Source: Candidatus Dormiibacterota bacterium (lineage in GTDB: Bacteria > Chloroflexota > Dormibacteria > Aeolococcales > Bog-877). From it: a DNA stretch of 64,000 nt. Below the pieces are notes generated by a model, which had not been told where the DNA came from, did no database searches, and was given only the letters and a program-made list of their open reading frames with translations. Shown piece by piece: positions 62,069 to 64,000 of the stretch. Location: positions 31-64,030 of the forward strand of contig DATLRN010000043.1 of NCBI GenBank assembly GCA_035534695.1, in the 5' to 3' direction. Every line of letters begins with the position of its first letter. Position 1 is the stretch's first letter. The position numbers were made by a program, and so were the translations under genes.

Positions 62069-62940
62069 TCGCGCTCGCCACCAGGGGGAGCGCTCTGGCG
62101 CGGGTCCAGGCCGAGCTGGCTCTGGCAGCCCTCAGGTACGCCTTTCCGGAGGAAGAGTTCACGACTGTGGTGGTGGACTCGGACGGGGACCTTAGTCCAG
62201 CTGCGGTGGCCCCCGACCAGCCCGGGGAGGGCTGGTTCACCTCTCGACTGGAGCGATCCTTGCGCACCGGTCAGGTGGACGGCGCGGTGCATAGTGCCAA
62301 GGACCTACCCACCCAGATCTCCGAGGACCTCGTCATCGCCGCCTTCCTGCCTCGCGCAGATCCGCGAGATGCCCTAGTGACGGCGGGAGACACTCAGTTG
62401 GCAGACCTGCCCCAAGGGGCACGGATCGGCACCTCTTCGCCCCGGCGTGCAGCCCAGCTGCTGGCTCTACGTCCTGACTTGGCCGTGGTTCCGATCAGGG
62501 GCAATGTCGATACCAGAGTCGGCAAGGTTCGGAGGGGCGAGTTCAGTGGCTGCCTCCTCGCCATGGCCGGACTACTCCGACTCGGTCGGGGCTTAGAGGG
62601 TCAAGCGCTCGACCCCGAGAACGAGTGCACTCCGGCTCCCGCCCAGGGTGCCATCGCCCTCCAGGCGCGCGCAGGCACCCGGCTCGCCGAAATGGCCGCC
62701 CACATCGATGACTCGAGGACACGGCGCTGCATTGAGGCGGAGCGACTGGTCCTGACCCAGATGGGCGGCGGGTGCCAGCTCCCGTTGGGAGCTCTGGCCA
62801 CGCCCCTGGCCCCAGCCTGGGCCAGGCTCACCGTGGCCTGGGCGCCCGAGATGGGGGAGCCTGTCCGGCGGATAACCGGCGAGGCGTCGCTGACAGGCCT
62901 TTCCGGCCTGGCGATCGAACTGGCGGGTCAACTCCGCTGA
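62065..62940 (+). CDS. hemC: Hydroxymethylbilane synthase (porphobilinogen deaminase)
   Basis: IALATRGSALARVQAE...HSAKDLP...RIGTSSPRRAAQL...RGNVDTR...GGCQLPLGA. The GTG overlaps the hemA stop in GTGA. Confidence 0.9.
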   Translation: MIALATRGSALARVQAELALAALRYAFPEEEFTTVVVDSDGDLSPAAVAPDQPGEGWFTSRLERSLRTGQVDGAVHSAKDLPTQISEDLVIAAFLPRADPRDALVTAGDTQLADLPQGARIGTSSPRRAAQLLALRPDLAVVPIRGNVDTRVGKVRRGEFSGCLLAMAGLLRLGRGLEGQALDPENECTPAPAQGAIALQARAGTRLAEMAAHIDDSRTRRCIEAERLVLTQMGGGCQLPLGALATPLAPAWARLTVAWAPEMGEPVRRITGEASLTGLSGLAIELAGQLR

Positions 62941-62951
62941 CCACATCTTCC

Positions 62952-63722
62952 CTGGCCGGGCGACACATCCTGGTGACTCGAGCTGCTCATCAGGCGAAGG
63001 AGCTGACCGACCTGCTCCGCAAGCGCGGCGCCGAGCCGGTTTCGGTACCGGTGATGCGGCTGGAGGCGTTACTCAACAAGGCCGCATTACGGGATTTGGG
63101 GGAGGGGATCAGCGCCGGAGGCTGGGACGATGTCGTCTTTACCAGCGCCAATGCCGTGCGTCTGGTCCTGCCCCGGTCGTCCGGGTCTTATCCCGCGCTG
63201 CGGATCTTCGCCATCGGTCCCGGCACGGCGGCCGCCGTGCGCGAGCTAGGGTGGCCGGTCGAGCCGTTGCCGGGCAGCTACGTTGCAGAGTCTCTGGCCG
63301 AGCACATGGTGGCTCAGGGGATGACTGGTCGCCGGATTCTCCTGCCTCGCGCCGCGGGTGCCCGCGAGGTTCTACCGGAGGCCCTCAGGGCGGCCGGTGC
63401 CAAGCTGGAAGAGGTGACTTTGTACCAGATGATTCCCGATGCCGGATCTCGATCGGCCCTGGACCGGGCCATGGCGGACCCGGCCCTGGACTGCGTCTTG
63501 TTCACGAGTGGCAGTTCGATCGAATGCTTCCGGGCGCTCTGGGGTCCGCGCCTCGTCCCGACGTCCGTTCTGATCGCCTGCATCGGGCCGGTCACCGCGG
63601 CAGCGGCTACGGCCTCGGGCCTAACCCCTGACCTGATCGCCGAGGAGTACTCGCTGGAGGGGCTGGTCAGGGCGCTTGAGATGCGCCTCGGTCCTTTACC
63701 GGAGAATGATCACCGACCATGA
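62952..63722 (+). CDS. hemD: Uroporphyrinogen-III synthase; start codon unresolved
   Basis: LAGRHILVTRAAHQAKELTDLLRKRGAEPVSVPV...VVFTSANAV...VLFTSGSSI. No ATG, GTG or TTG lies between the hemC stop and the conserved ILVTR. CTG 62952 is given as a nominal start. Confidence 0.7.
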   Translation: MAGRHILVTRAAHQAKELTDLLRKRGAEPVSVPVMRLEALLNKAALRDLGEGISAGGWDDVVFTSANAVRLVLPRSSGSYPALRIFAIGPGTAAAVRELGWPVEPLPGSYVAESLAEHMVAQGMTGRRILLPRAAGAREVLPEALRAAGAKLEEVTLYQMIPDAGSRSALDRAMADPALDCVLFTSGSSIECFRALWGPRLVPTSVLIACIGPVTAAAATASGLTPDLIAEEYSLEGLVRALEMRLGPLPENDHRP

Positions 63723-64000
63723 GCTTCCCTGAGGAACGGCCCCGGCGACTCCGACGCAATCCCTTGCTGCGTAGTTTGGCAAGCGAGTCGTCACTCAGCG
63801 CCAGTGACCTGATCCTGCCCGTCTTCGTGAGCGAGGCCATCGAGGCTCGCCGCGAGGTCCCAACCATGCCCGGAGTCTTCCAGGAGACGGTCGAGTCAGT
63901 GGTCAAGGTGGCTGAGGAGGCCGTGACTCTGGGCATTCCGGGCCTGATCCTCTTCGGCATCCCCGCCCGCAAGGACGCCGAGGGTTCCTCCGCCTGGGAT
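63719..64000 (+). CDS. hemB: Porphobilinogen synthase (delta-aminolevulinate dehydratase), 5' part; continues beyond the window
   Basis: MSFPEERPRRLRRNPLLRSLASESSLSASDLILPVFV...GIPGLILFGIP. The ATG overlaps the hemD stop in ATGA. Confidence 0.9.
   Translation, partial: MSFPEERPRRLRRNPLLRSLASESSLSASDLILPVFVSEAIEARREVPTMPGVFQETVESVVKVAEEAVTLGIPGLILFGIPARKDAEGSSAWD

Noticed and set aside
62772-62951. Upstream extension of hemD into hemC
   Set aside because: It would overlap hemC by about 170 nt in another frame with Gly/Arg/Pro-rich sequence. It is retained only as an unlikely alternative in the hemD start-codon finding.

Overview
This is a visibly high-GC bacterial chromosome segment; GC content was not computed. 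It most likely comes from an Actinomycetota-type lineage. That inference rests on an F420 biosynthesis operon (cofD-cofC-cofE), F420-type LLM and PPOX enzymes, ChdC/HemQ next to hemA-C-D-B (the coproporphyrin-type haem route), a mycothiol-type DinB-family relic and a MoaX-like fused MPT synthase. About 70 protein-coding genes can be supported. Many are joined by 4-nt ATGA/GTGA start/stop overlaps.

Housekeeping genes sit mostly in the right half. They include pyrG, rpmE, prfA, hemACDB, thyX, chdC, two IscA/ErpA paralogues, an HtrA protease, a thiolase, FabG, an enoyl-CoA hydratase, a malic enzyme and a rhodanese.

The left half (0-28 kb) looks accessory and is decaying. It carries a frameshifted ABC permease, a degenerate tRNA-like sequence, IS3-like and IS481-like transposase stubs, a DinB-family pseudogene with two in-frame TAG codons plus a frameshift, and a deletion scar that fuses the last ~43 codons of a histidine kinase to the 3' half of an ABC ATPase.

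The most interesting candidate system is a five-gene translationally coupled operon at 5196-9154. It encodes a small Ser/Pro-rich membrane peptide, ApbE flavin transferase, a ferric-reductase-like haem membrane protein with an extra C-terminal domain, a soluble NuoF-like NADH/FMN/Fe-S protein and a ferredoxin. It has no canonical FMN_bind acceptor domain.

Other points worth follow-up:
- A 12.7-kb GntR-controlled divergent catabolic island has peptide/opine-type ABC permeases and a binding protein but no ATPase.
- A Sco-TlpA fusion protein.
- A catalytically dead HtrA paralogue coupled to a GNAT gene.
- A 9-codon UGA-terminated uORF and 12-bp hairpin over the prfA start codon.

No CRISPR array, rRNA or intact mobile element was seen. 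All homology calls come from motif recognition by eye; no searches were run.
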